Below, one piece after another: positions 1 to 10,209 of a DNA stretch of 64,000 nt. Source of the stretch: Gammaproteobacteria bacterium (GTDB lineage Bacteria; Pseudomonadota; Gammaproteobacteria; Pseudomonadales; Pseudohongiellaceae); NCBI GenBank assembly GCA_019654215.1, contig BPDI01000006.1:28649-92648 (forward strand), written 5' to 3'. The first letter of the stretch is position 1, and each line of letters begins with the position of its first letter. A model generated the notes under the pieces. It saw only the letters and a list, made by a program, of their open reading frames with translations. It was not told where the DNA came from and did not search any database. The position numbers were made by a program, and so were the translations under genes.

Positions 1-757
1 TCCCAACTTTCCCAGAATCCAATGCGGCGGTAAGCGCTTCGGTATCGACAATTTCATCCCGCGCGAAATTTAGTAAGCAGGTTCTCGGGCGCATAGACGC
101 AAACATTGAAGCATCGATTAAGTTTCTGGTGGAATCCAGAACAGGAAGATGCAGCGAGATAAAATTTGATGAACCAACCAAGCTATTTAGATTTTCGATT
201 CGCTTTACCTGGCTCGGTAAGCGCCAAGCTGCTTCTACGGAAAGAGCTGGGTCAAATCCCTGTACATTCATACCCATCTTAATAGCCATATCCGCAACCA
301 GCGAACCAATTGAGCCAAGGCCGATAACACCCAAAGTCTTACCGGCAATTTCATTGCCTTTAAATTTTTTCTTCTCAGCCTCCATTAATTTGGAGAATTC
401 ACCATAATCTGAAATCGAAGTTTGACTGCTGGCAAAACCTATACCGGGGATAATTCCGCGTGAAGCAAGGAGTAAACCACACAAGACTAGTTCCTTGACG
501 GCATTAGCATTGGCGCCCGGGGTATTGAAGACTACGACTCCTTTTTCGGTACATTCAGCTACCGGCACATTATTAATGCCGGCGCCAGCCCTAGCTACTG
601 CCTTTAAATCACCATTGACGGTAGCTGGATCGAGCTTGTGGCTGCGCAATAGAATTGCGTCTGCATTTTCAGTCTCAGCACCGACCTCATATAAATCCTT
701 TGGAAAGCGATCAAGGCCTTTATCAGAAATGGCATTAAAAGTTTGAATCTTGTGCAT
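1..757 (-). CDS. serA: D-3-phosphoglycerate dehydrogenase, N-terminal ~252 codons (gene runs off the window edge)
   Basis: Not in the ORF track because there is no stop in the window. My minus-strand translation from the ATG (complement of 755-757) gives MHKIQTFNAISDKGLDRFPKDLYEVGAE...ARAGAGINNVPV...VFNTPGANANAVKELV...GKTLGVIGLGSIGSLVA (Rossmann GxGxxG)...NFARDEIVD. This is a D-2-hydroxyacid dehydrogenase fold typical of the short SerA type. The + ORFs 129-407 and 495-746 are its antisense shadow. Confidence 0.7.
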   Translation of the reverse strand, partial: MHKIQTFNAISDKGLDRFPKDLYEVGAETENADAILLRSHKLDPATVNGDLKAVARAGAGINNVPVAECTEKGVVVFNTPGANANAVKELVLCGLLLASRGIIPGIGFASSQTSISDYGEFSKLMEAEKKKFKGNEIAGKTLGVIGLGSIGSLVADMAIKMGMNVQGFDPALSVEAAWRLPSQVKRIENLNSLVGSSNFISLHLPVLDSTRNLIDASMFASMRPRTCLLNFARDEIVDTEALTAALDSGKVG

Positions 758-1042
758 ATATTTCAGCCCTAGTGAATTTCCGGTTGCCAAAAGAGGCGAC
801 TATTCGCAGTTGGTTTGCTGCAAATTATATTCATATTTTCACTGAGTCATTTACCGTGATCCCGATTGCTTGATTAGCGAGGCGGACTGGGAAACCGGGG
901 TTTTTCAAAACCGGCAATTATGTCTCGAATCGTTGAGAAGTTCCAGCAGCTTTTCGAATTCCTATCAAAAGTTATAGTTAGGAGCTTCCTACAGGTTATT
1001 ATCACATTTCATTTATCAGCCCAATTGCCAGTGAGCGCATCG

Positions 1043-1885
1043 ATGCAAGGATTTGAACCGGGAGTTCCGACTCCTCTAGAAGGATTAACGATTCCAGTAA
1101 AACGAATCTTGGGTCGAAATCCCGGGCCAATGACTGGTCCGGGAACCAACAGCTACCTGATCGGCGAGAAGACACTTTGTCTGGTGGACCCCGGTCCTAT
1201 CAATCCCGTTCAATATGAGAGTTTCATGCAGGCGATAGGAGATCGAAAGTTAGACTACATTCTAGCGACCCATACTCACGGGGATCATTCTCCGGCGGCT
1301 GCACGTATACATGAAGCAACCGGTGCCACTCAGGTTGGTATGCAAGCACCGGAGGGGATTGCGCAAGATAAAACCTTCCAACCCGAACAGATCTGGCAGG
1401 ATGGAGATGAAATCGATTGTGGTGACTACACAATTCGCTTAATTTGCACACCAGGACATGTTTCCAATCACATCTGCTACTACCTGCTGGAAGAAGAGCT
1501 GTTATTTACCGGTGATCATGTTCTCCAAGGAACCACTTCGGTCATACTTCCTCCCGATGGTGATATGGGTTCCTATCTTGATTCATTACGCAAACTCCAG
1601 GCTCTGGATTTACGCTATTTGGCTCCGGGTCATGGTGGGGTAATGGATGAACCCTTTGAGGAAATAGAACGGCTCATTGCTCATCGTTTGATGCGGGAAG
1701 AGAAAGTAATGGATGGATTGGAAAAACTTGGCGAATGCTCCATCGATGAATTGGTATTAACTGTTTATGATGATGTAGCTGAACACTTAATTCCTTGGGC
1801 TAAGAAAACAATGCTGGCGCATTTAATCAAATTAGAAAGAGATCAGCGTATTAAAGAGACATCACTGGGCTGGAAAGTTATCTAA
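1043..1885 (+). CDS. MBL-fold metallo-hydrolase
   Basis: ORF 920-1885. The likely start is the internal Met at 1043 (MQGFEPG...). It has the HxHxDH zinc motif (ATHTHGDHSP) and a later PGH motif, typical of the beta-lactamase-like hydrolase family. Confidence 0.7.
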   Translation: MQGFEPGVPTPLEGLTIPVKRILGRNPGPMTGPGTNSYLIGEKTLCLVDPGPINPVQYESFMQAIGDRKLDYILATHTHGDHSPAAARIHEATGATQVGMQAPEGIAQDKTFQPEQIWQDGDEIDCGDYTIRLICTPGHVSNHICYYLLEEELLFTGDHVLQGTTSVILPPDGDMGSYLDSLRKLQALDLRYLAPGHGGVMDEPFEEIERLIAHRLMREEKVMDGLEKLGECSIDELVLTVYDDVAEHLIPWAKKTMLAHLIKLERDQRIKETSLGWKVI

Positions 1886-2196
1886 TCAGGATTCTATTTC
1901 TAATTGGTGAATTTACATTGTGTAATGCAACGACGGCAAGTTTTACACCTGAATCACCAACAATGTAGATCGAAGCTTCCGTGAGCATACAGAAACAGCA
2001 CCAGGGAATGTAACAAGGGTGCGAAGGGGCTGAGTTGGAAGGTGATATTCGGTTTAGTCCATAAATCCCAAGTTGGTAATTGATCGGCGGCGCTAAAAAT
2101 GAAGTATAAAATTAAGCTACTCTCGAAATCTGACAAAGCAATGTTAGTTCAATCACAAATTCCCATAACCCACCATTTCAAAAAAGTAACATAGCC

Positions 2197-3171
2197 ATGA
2201 CTACTGAATCCGTCTCCGGATCAACTTTGATACCAGTCGGTATAAGCAGTTGCCTGCTCGGGGAAAAGGTTCGCTACGATGGGGGTCACAAAGGTCATTC
2301 CTATATTACTCAAACCCTGGGGAATTATTTTGAGTTTAGGGCTTTCTGTCCTGAAGTAAGCATTGGACTTGGCATCCCACGCAAGCCGATGCGGCTCTGG
2401 CGTAATAGGGGCAATCGAAGTTCAATTCATTGTGTGGACGCAGGAGATATATCCCTGGACTACACCACGGCTCTACAAGATTGCGGTGATGAACAAAAGT
2501 CCTGGCAGCAATTACTTTGTGGGTACATTTTAAAGAAAGACTCGCCTAGCTGCGGTATGGAGCGAGTCAAAGTTTGGGATGATGTTATGCCAGTGCGAGA
2601 AGGAATTGGGATCTACGCCAAAAGGCTAATGAAAAATTTTCCTTATCTTCCAATCGAAGAAGAGGGCCGTCTCGGTGACGCGATTCTGCGAGAAAATTTT
2701 GTCCAACGAGTTTTCGTTATGTTTCGATGGCAGAAGATGCAACAAGCAGGATTGAGCGTCTCTGCTCTAATTGATTTTCATGCGAGACATAAACTGATCG
2801 TCATGAGTCATGATCAAAATAAGTATCGCGAACTCGGACAGCTTGTCGCCGCTACAACGAAAGAAAACCTCAAATCCAATGCAGAGAGATATTTACTGGT
2901 ACTTATGCAAGCGCTCAAACAAAGAGCGAGCCGCGGCAACCACATGAACGTGTTGCAGCATATTCAGGGCTACTTAAAAAGCTCGCTGGACTCAGAAGAT
3001 AAGAAGGAGTTATTTCGAATCTTTGAGAAATACCGTCGAGGAATGGTTCCCCTTATAGTTCCTATAACCTTGCTTAATCATTTCTTTCGTAAGCATCCTA
3101 ATGAATACATTGCAAATAGTTGGTACATGCAGCCCTACCCACAGGAATTGAAATTACAGAATGAGATTTAG
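2197..3171 (+). CDS. DUF523 (TudS-like) / DUF1722 (YbgA-like) fusion protein
   Basis: 324 aa. The N-terminus (GISSCLLGEKVRYDGGHK...SPSCG) matches the Cys-rich DUF523 signature. The C-terminal half (HKLIVMSHDQNKYRELG...LQHIQGYLK) resembles the YbgA/DUF1722 family. Confidence 0.65.
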   Translation: MTTESVSGSTLIPVGISSCLLGEKVRYDGGHKGHSYITQTLGNYFEFRAFCPEVSIGLGIPRKPMRLWRNRGNRSSIHCVDAGDISLDYTTALQDCGDEQKSWQQLLCGYILKKDSPSCGMERVKVWDDVMPVREGIGIYAKRLMKNFPYLPIEEEGRLGDAILRENFVQRVFVMFRWQKMQQAGLSVSALIDFHARHKLIVMSHDQNKYRELGQLVAATTKENLKSNAERYLLVLMQALKQRASRGNHMNVLQHIQGYLKSSLDSEDKKELFRIFEKYRRGMVPLIVPITLLNHFFRKHPNEYIANSWYMQPYPQELKLQNEI

Positions 3172-3176
3172 CGGTT

Positions 3177-3581
3177 TTGATCGAAGTTGAGACTATAGAC
3201 CATATTGTGCTGAGAACGGTAAATACTAAAGCGATGCTGCAGTTTTACTGTGGAGTTCTAAATTGTCCGATCGAAAGAGAATTGCCAGAACTCGGACTAA
3301 TCCAGTTAAGAGCAGGCTCAGCGTTGATTGACATAGTTCTGGTGGATAGCGAACTCGGTAGAAAAGGGGGAAAAGCTCCAAGTCAGGACGGTAGAAATTT
3401 GGAGCACCTTTGCCTACGAATAGCTAAGGCACGGGAGCCCATGCTATTACAATACTTATCGACAAACGGAATTAAAGTGCAAGACTTCGAAGAACGCTAT
3501 GGGGCAGACGGATATGGGCGTTCAATTTATGTAAATGACCCAGAAGGCAATGTTGTGGAGCTAAAGATATCTAACAACTAA
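3177..3581 (+). CDS. VOC (glyoxalase/bleomycin-resistance/dioxygenase) family protein
   Basis: 134 aa. It has the IDHIVLRT...LEHLCL...YVNDPEGNVVEL pattern of a single VOC module. It lies 5 nt after the DUF523/DUF1722 gene, so it is probably co-transcribed. Confidence 0.6.
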   Translation: MIEVETIDHIVLRTVNTKAMLQFYCGVLNCPIERELPELGLIQLRAGSALIDIVLVDSELGRKGGKAPSQDGRNLEHLCLRIAKAREPMLLQYLSTNGIKVQDFEERYGADGYGRSIYVNDPEGNVVELKISNN

Positions 3582-5058
3582 GCCGGTTGCTGTTCCATTG
3601 CTGGCGTGATTTTGAAATTCAGAAAACCGTAGATTGCTGCTATCACTGGATTGACTAGATTAAAGAAGCAATAGGGCAGATAACCAAAAGTAGCAACGCC
3701 TAGAGTTCCAGCCATGTAAGCTCCGCAGGTATTCCAGGGAATCAAGGGCGAAGTAATAGTTCCCGCATCTTCTAAGGTTCTCGATAAATTTTTCATGTCG
3801 AGATTTCTATTCTCATATTCCAGTTTATACATGCGTCCTGGTAGCACCACCGAAATTATTGATCTGATGTGATGATGTTTGCGCCAATGCAAGTTGCAAG
3901 TGTCGTTGTAATTAAGCTGCCGGTGCTTTTACGAATGAGAGCGCATACTCCACTAAGCGTTGCAGCAAACCGGTATGATCCATTACTGCGCCAAAAACCA
4001 TCGCACAGAGTACCAGCCAGGTTACCGATAGCATGGAGCTCATGCCCCACGAGTCATTAAATCATCGAGTGTTTCATTGCCACTGCTTAATACAAAACCA
4101 TCAAACAATGTGTACCAAATACCTTTGAATAACGCTAAGAATAGATTTGGCGCATCTCCTGCTACATTCATAATCGCAGGTCGCTGGAAAATTAAAGCGA
4201 TAAGCACGCCTATCACGTGCCAGTAAGAATTGTTGGTTTTGGGTGGGAACTTTTTGTTGGCCATGATGAGCAGGACGACAACTGGCAATAACATAATAAA
4301 ATTAACTTCAAAATTTTCGGAGATTAAGCGCAGCGTGATCTCCAGGTCACTTGAAGAGCTACTGGATCGATATTCAATCCAATAAAAATAAAAAGTACTA
4401 ATGCAATTACAATACTAGGTATTGTTGTCCAAACCATATGACCGATGTGGCTAAACAAATCAGTACCGGCAACGGCAGGAGCTAAGTTTGTAGTTTCAGA
4501 TAAGGGAGACATTTTGTCCCCAAAGTACGCGCCAGAAATAATTGCACCTGCGGTAATTTCCGGAGACAAGCCCATGCCTGCCGATGCACCGATGAGCGCA
4601 ATACCAACTGTTCCGGCAACTGTCCATGAACTGCCGATACTTAATGCAATCAATGCGCAGATAATGCAGCTTGCGGCATAAAAAATTGAAGGATCCAAAA
4701 TGAGCAGGCTGTAATAAATCATGGTGGGAACTGTGCCAGACATAATCCAGCTCCCAATTAAAGAGCCAACACAAAAAAAGTATTAGCAGCGGTTTTATGG
4801 CAACAGTTATGCCAGTGACAATACTGTTCTCAATTTGATTCCGGGTTTTGGGCCCATTGCGCCAACCAACCAGAGCAGCCACTGCGCCCCACGCATAAAG
4901 CAATTTGATTTGGGCCATAACTAGCATCTTCGCCAAACAAATAAACCGAAAAAGAGAGCAAGCACACCAGCACTAAGACTGGGATGAGAGCCTGAAAAAA
5001 CCGTTGGGGAGACCGAGTTATTCGAAGAGGCTAATTCTGATTCTTGCGTGACTGTCAT
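3578..5058 (-). pseudogene. nhaC: Na+/H+ antiporter NhaC family, reading frame broken at least 5 times
   Basis: Track fragments 4921-5217 (from MTVTQ...), 4496-4936, 4324-4743, 4040-4294, 3856-4050 and 3578-3892 alternate between two minus frames. Read together they give a ~490-aa NhaC-like polytopic protein (SGTVPTMIYYSL..., IRKSTGSLITTTLATCIGANIITSDQ / YISVVLPGRMY..., PLIPWNTCGAYMAGTLGV). Confidence 0.7.
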
Positions 5059-5210
5059 GAAACAATGCCTTATAAGTCCAACAAGCATAAAGCTTATGCC
5101 AGTAGTCTGTCTATTTGAACACCAGTAAACACAAGATTTAAGGTATAATCCGCCTCTTTCGCGAAATAAGTGAGGTACAGGCTTACCTAATCTATAAACA
5201 GGTAGATCCT

Positions 5211-6496
5211 TTGGCAATGAACAGTGCAGAAAGCTCCATAACAGATATTGAGACCTATATGAATAAGCTAGGCGCTCAGGCTCGTGTTGCCTCCAGGGAA
5301 ATTTCCAGCGCTTCGACTGGGGATAAGAACAAAGCTTTGCTCGCTATTGCTGCTGCCATAAACAGTAGTCGTGCTTCACTTATGGAAGCGAACAAGAAAG
5401 ACCTCGAAGCAGGATCAGAGCAGGGTCTTGAATCTGCATTAATGGACAGGCTCGAGCTTTCCGATGCTGGGATCGACATCATGATTGAAGGGCTGCATCA
5501 GGTGGAAACCCTCGATGATCCTGTTGGTGAAGTCAGTGATCTTAAATATCGGCCTAGCGGTATTCAGGTAGGAAGAATGCGCGTTCCGCTAGGAGTTATA
5601 GGAATAATTTACGAGTCTCGACCGAATGTAACTTGTGAAGCGGCAAGTCTATGTTTGAAGTCCGGCAATGCAACGATTCTTCGTGGTGGTTCTGAGGCGA
5701 TTCACTCTAATCAAGCAATTGGTGAATGTATTAAGAGGGACTTCAGGAAGTCGGACTGAGTGAACATGTAATTCAGGTTCTAGATCGAACCGATCGTGGC
5801 GCAGTGGGCAAATTAATAACCATGCCAGAGTATATTGATGTAATCGTTCCTCGCGGGGTAAAGGATTAATTGAGCGGAAAAAGTAACGATGCGAAAGTTC
5901 CCGTCATCAAGCACCTCGATGGAAATTGTCACTTATATATAGATGATAAAGCCGATATCGAAAAATCTATTATGGTAGCGGTAAATGCCAAAACCCAACG
6001 ATATGGAACATGTTGTACGTTAGAGTCATTACTCGTTGCCGACGCAATTGCTAAAGATGTGCTTCCTAAACTTCGTGAAGAATACAAAGTTCATAAGGTT
6101 GAAATGCGTGGATGTGAAAAAACTCAGTTACTAGTTGAAGGGGTAATTCCCGCTTCTGAAGAAGATTATGAGACCGAGTATCTTGCGCCGATAATATCAA
6201 TCAAGATTGTTGCAGATGTTGATGAAGCTATTCAGCACATCAATGATTACAGCTCACAACATACCGATTCTATAATGACGCAAGATCATAATCGTGCACA
6301 GCGATTTCTAAGAGAAGTAGATTCAAGTTCGGTTATGGTCAATGCTTCGACCAGGTTCGCCGATGGGTTTGAATACGGACTGGGGGCTGAGATAGGAATC
6401 TCCACTGACAAGCTTCATGCCCGCGGTCCAGTAGGACTGGAAGGATTAACTTCCCAAAAATTCATTGTGCTCGGGGATGGTCATATTCGGCAATGA
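5211..6496 (+). pseudogene. proA: gamma-glutamyl phosphate reductase (frame interrupted; probably indel errors)
   Basis: ORFs 5211-5759 and 5870-6496 are the N- and C-terminal parts of ProA ([53 protein letters not shown]). Read-through needs a shift near 5733-5740, plus a compensating pair at the G-run 5855-5858 and the A-run 5878-5882. Confidence 0.85.
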
Positions 6497-7128
6497 TGTC
6501 TCACATAGGTGTGCTTGGAGGCATGTTTGACCCGATTCATAACGGCCATATCGAAGCCCCAAAATTTGCCAGCGAAAATTTGTCATTAGAACCCGATAAA
6601 ACTGATTCCCTGTTGCTTTCCAAATCACCGACGGGAAAGCCGTTTCGGGTGCGGATCATCGCGTTGCAATGCTGGAATTAGCTACTGAAGATTATGGGAA
6701 TCTAAGTGTTGACGCCATAGAAGTTTATAGGGATGGGATTTCATATAGTGTGGATACCTTGCGGGAACTGAAAGGCAAAATCCTGTGAGTAGAATCGTTT
6801 TATCTTGGGAATGGATGCCTTTAATGGGCTTAATCGGTGGCATGAATGGGAGCAGCTTTTCCCGCTTTGTAGTTTATTCGTCCTCGCTCGATCAGGAGAA
6901 AATGTTAACTGTGATGTAGCAACGGAGATCGATCTTCTAAATAGGAAAGTAGATTCTGCGGAGTCGCTTTTGCGAAGAGAAGCCGGGTCGGTGTTTGTTG
7001 CTGAAGAATTCAACTACGAATTATCATCTACCATTGTGCGTTCAAAGCTGTCGCAGGGTGAAGATTTGAGCCAGGAATTAAATGAAAAAGTATACTCCTA
7101 TATCAAAAAGCATAATTTATACCACTAA
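6493..7128 (+). pseudogene. nadD: nicotinate-nucleotide adenylyltransferase (frame interrupted)
   Basis: The start overlaps the proA stop (ATGA). The N-terminus IGVLGGMFDPIHNGHI is the (H/T)xGH nucleotidyltransferase motif. The C-terminal fragment 6805-7128 (ELSSTIVRSKL...) completes NadD. At least 2 frame changes lie between them. Confidence 0.8.
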
Positions 7129-7144
7129 GTATTGAGTAGTAATT

Positions 7145-7504
7145 TTGAATAGTAAGAATTTAGCAGAAATTGCAGTTGATGCCTTAGGCGATTTAAAAGG
7201 TCAGGCTATTAGTTGTATCGAAGTGTCCAGCTTGACATCCATTACGGATTACATGGTTATCGTGACCGGAAGATCAAACACGCACATCAAGGCGCTTTCA
7301 GATAGCGTTGTTAAAAAAATCAAAGAAGCCAAACAGGAAATAATTGGGGTTGAGGGGCGTATGCAATCTGAATGGGTGCTCGTGGACTGTGGTGATGTAG
7401 TCATCCACATAATGCTGGCTCCTGCGCGCGCGCTTTATAACCTTGAAGAGCTTTGGAGCTTTGATGCGCCAAAAAAGAACCAACAAGAACAGCATCTCTA
7501 TTAA
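7145..7504 (+). CDS. rsfS: ribosome silencing factor RsfS
   Basis: 119 aa with ITDYMVIVTGRSNTHIKAL...WVLVDCGDVVIHIM...YNLEELW, the Iojap/RsfS signature. It sits in the conserved position between nadD and rlmH. Confidence 0.85.
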   Translation: MNSKNLAEIAVDALGDLKGQAISCIEVSSLTSITDYMVIVTGRSNTHIKALSDSVVKKIKEAKQEIIGVEGRMQSEWVLVDCGDVVIHIMLAPARALYNLEELWSFDAPKKNQQEQHLY

Positions 7505-7525
7505 CGCTTTAACTTCGGAAAATCT

Positions 7526-7996
7526 ATGCGGATTTCTTTAGTTTCAGTGGGCACAAAAATGTCAGGCTGGGTTCAGTCCGGAGTTGATGAGTATGCCAAG
7601 AGAATCCAGAGTTCTTTGAGGTTCTCCTTAACTGAGATCCCCCTTGCGCAAAGGACCAAATCTTCTAATATTTCTCGGTGTATGCAGAAAGAGGCCGAGG
7701 GAATCCTGGCTAAGATTCAAGACAATGATTATGTGATCACATTAGAAGTAGCAGGCAAGCACTACTCGACAGAGGAGGTTGCCATGCGAATTGCGGAATT
7801 TAAGGCAGATGGTCGTAATCTTGTTTTTCTAGCAGGAGGGCCAGATGGTCTTCATAAATCTTGCAAAGCAAGGGCTAACGAACAGTGGTCACTTTCGCAG
7901 TTGACCTTGCCTCACCCATTGGTTCGCATTCTGTTAGTGGAGCAACTTTATCGGGCCAGTAGTCTATTGGAAGGGCACCCTTACCATCGACAGTGA
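7526..7996 (+). CDS. rlmH: 23S rRNA (pseudouridine1915-N3)-methyltransferase RlmH
   Basis: 156 aa of the SPOUT family (LVFLAGGPDGL...SLSQLTLPHPLVRILLVEQLYRA...GHPYHR). Synteny with rsfS and mrdA supports the call. Confidence 0.85.
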   Translation: MRISLVSVGTKMSGWVQSGVDEYAKRIQSSLRFSLTEIPLAQRTKSSNISRCMQKEAEGILAKIQDNDYVITLEVAGKHYSTEEVAMRIAEFKADGRNLVFLAGGPDGLHKSCKARANEQWSLSQLTLPHPLVRILLVEQLYRASSLLEGHPYHRQ

Positions 7997-8214
7997 GATA
8001 TTTTTCGCAAAATGCCGGCTTTTCTTAGTATTTCTATTCCATTTTTGGAATAGCTGGCTAAAAATTAATCAAAAAAAGCGGTAGACTTATTCCCTATATA
8101 GATGTGGCAACTTAATTGGAGAAATAGGGTCTAAGTAGCCTTCGAGCGCGGCTTTAGAGGCCTATTCTTTAGCCGATTACTCTACTACAGCAAATCTTTA
8201 GGGAAGATAGTTAT

Positions 8215-10209
8215 ATGGCGGGTAAGTGGCAGCTTAAAGATCATGAAGCTGAGCAACGACTGTTTAATCGTCGCCTCGTAACTGCAGCCGCTTTGATCGT
8301 TCTCCTATTTGGCTCCCTAGTTGCAAAACTCTTTAACCTCCAAGTTACCCAGCATGAGTACCTTTCTGCTCGTTCCGATGGTAATCGATTGCATTCCCAG
8401 TATGTGCCTCCGGCCAGAGGCTTGATCTTCGATCGTAAGGGTGAGTTGCTTGCTGACAATCAACCAATCTTCAATCTGACCGTGGTGCGGGAACAAGTTG
8501 ATGATATGGATGCAACTTTGGATTATTTGAGCTCACTTATTCGACTAACCGAAGATGATATCGAACAATTTAATTCACGTATGCAGCGTAATCGCGTTCC
8601 GTTTTCTTCGGTGCCACTGCGTTATGTTTTGAGCAATGAGGAAAAATCGAGAATAGCAGTTAATTCTCATTTGCTACCTGGTATTGCGATCGAGTCTCAA
8701 TTTGTTCGCCAGTATCCTTTAGGTAGCTTGACTGCTCATGCAATTGGTTATGTTTCTGAAATTAATCGACAAGAACTAGATAGTCTCTCTGATGAAGATA
8801 GAGAAAATTATGGTGGTACTAACCATATAGGTAAAACCGGAATTGAAAGAACCTACGAAGATATCTTACATGGAACCGTGGGTTATGAAATTGTAGAGAA
8901 GAATAATAGGGGTCAGGTTATGCGGTATTTAGACCGCACCGATCCTGTTGCAGGTAAAAATATAACACTGCATATGCACGCAGAGTTACAGCGCGCTGCT
9001 GAAGATGCATTAGGTGAAATGCGTGGTGCAGTGGTAGCAATTGAGCCATCAACAGGAGGAATCCTGGCGATGGTTAGCAAACCTGGCTTTGACCCGAATC
9101 TTTTTGTTACCGGTATTAGTAGCAAAGATTACAGCGTATTGGTTACGGATGAAATAAATACACCACTATTTGATCGAACCACCAATCCTTATCCACCTGG
9201 TTCAACCATTAAGCCATTTCTTGGATTAGGTGGATTACATCATGAGTTTATCGACTACGAATTTACGATCAATGATCCTGGCTATTTTAGATTACCTGGT
9301 GTTTCTTATCGATGGGGTGATTGGACCCTAAGAACTCAGATCGGTGGTGGACACGAACACACTGATTTACAAAAAGCTATATTCCAATCCTGTAATACCT
9401 TCTTTTTTGACCTGGGGAATCGAATGGGCATTGATACCATTCATGGCTTTATGTCCCGGTTTGGGTTCGGTGATAACTTTGCTGCCGATATTTCCTACGC
9501 CAGAACCGGAGTGTTGCCTTCGCGTGAATGGAAGATGGAGAGTCGGGGAGAACCTTGGTATCCGGGAGACACGATCAATTCATCCATAGGTCAGGGCTAC
9601 ATGTGGGCGACCCCACTGCAGCTGGCTACTGCAGCTTCCATAATTGCTAATAAAGGCAATGTTATTGAGCCGCGGATGTTAAAAGCCGTTGAAGGCCAGC
9701 CCTACGCACCAGTATTTGAAAACAAAGTACCAGATGTCACATTAAATGATCTTGACTACTGGCGCTATATCGAAGAAGCCATGACCATGGTTGTCCATCG
9801 TCCTTATTCAGACCAATTCAGGGATTACGGAACTGCCTATCCTGAGATCGCTCAAAAAGACCCGGAAATGAGTTACAAGCTGGCGGGCAAGTCGGGTACG
9901 GCCCAGGCAGTTGGAATTAGCCAGGACATATTGTCTAGTGATGACATTATGGTTTCCGATTTAAATCGTGACCACGCCTTATTTATTGCATTTGCTCCAG
10001 CAATGAATGCGCATATTGCGCCGCAAATCGCATTAGCTGTATTTGTTGAAAATGGTGAATCTGGAGGAGGCGCAGCAGGACCTATTGCGAAGCAACTTAC
10101 CGATAAGTATTTATTAGATATTTTGCAAATCGATTTCGAAGCGTTAGAAGACGTAGTCCCGCCACTTGAACCAGAAACCAGCGCGCTAGTTTCAGAAGCT
10201 GATGAATAG
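8215..10209 (+). CDS. mrdA: penicillin-binding protein 2 (elongasome transpeptidase)
   Basis: 664 aa with an N-terminal TM helix. Motifs are SxxK (GSTIKP), SxN-like (SSIGQG) and KSGT. It is directly followed by rodA. Confidence 0.9.
   Translation: MAGKWQLKDHEAEQRLFNRRLVTAAALIVLLFGSLVAKLFNLQVTQHEYLSARSDGNRLHSQYVPPARGLIFDRKGELLADNQPIFNLTVVREQVDDMDATLDYLSSLIRLTEDDIEQFNSRMQRNRVPFSSVPLRYVLSNEEKSRIAVNSHLLPGIAIESQFVRQYPLGSLTAHAIGYVSEINRQELDSLSDEDRENYGGTNHIGKTGIERTYEDILHGTVGYEIVEKNNRGQVMRYLDRTDPVAGKNITLHMHAELQRAAEDALGEMRGAVVAIEPSTGGILAMVSKPGFDPNLFVTGISSKDYSVLVTDEINTPLFDRTTNPYPPGSTIKPFLGLGGLHHEFIDYEFTINDPGYFRLPGVSYRWGDWTLRTQIGGGHEHTDLQKAIFQSCNTFFFDLGNRMGIDTIHGFMSRFGFGDNFAADISYARTGVLPSREWKMESRGEPWYPGDTINSSIGQGYMWATPLQLATAASIIANKGNVIEPRMLKAVEGQPYAPVFENKVPDVTLNDLDYWRYIEEAMTMVVHRPYSDQFRDYGTAYPEIAQKDPEMSYKLAGKSGTAQAVGISQDILSSDDIMVSDLNRDHALFIAFAPAMNAHIAPQIALAVFVENGESGGGAAGPIAKQLTDKYLLDILQIDFEALEDVVPPLEPETSALVSEADE

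Noticed and set aside
129-746. Two + strand ORFs (92 and 83 aa) at the left edge
   Set aside because: They lie antisense to a clean, motif-bearing SerA reading frame on the minus strand. They have low-complexity composition and no recognisable signature.
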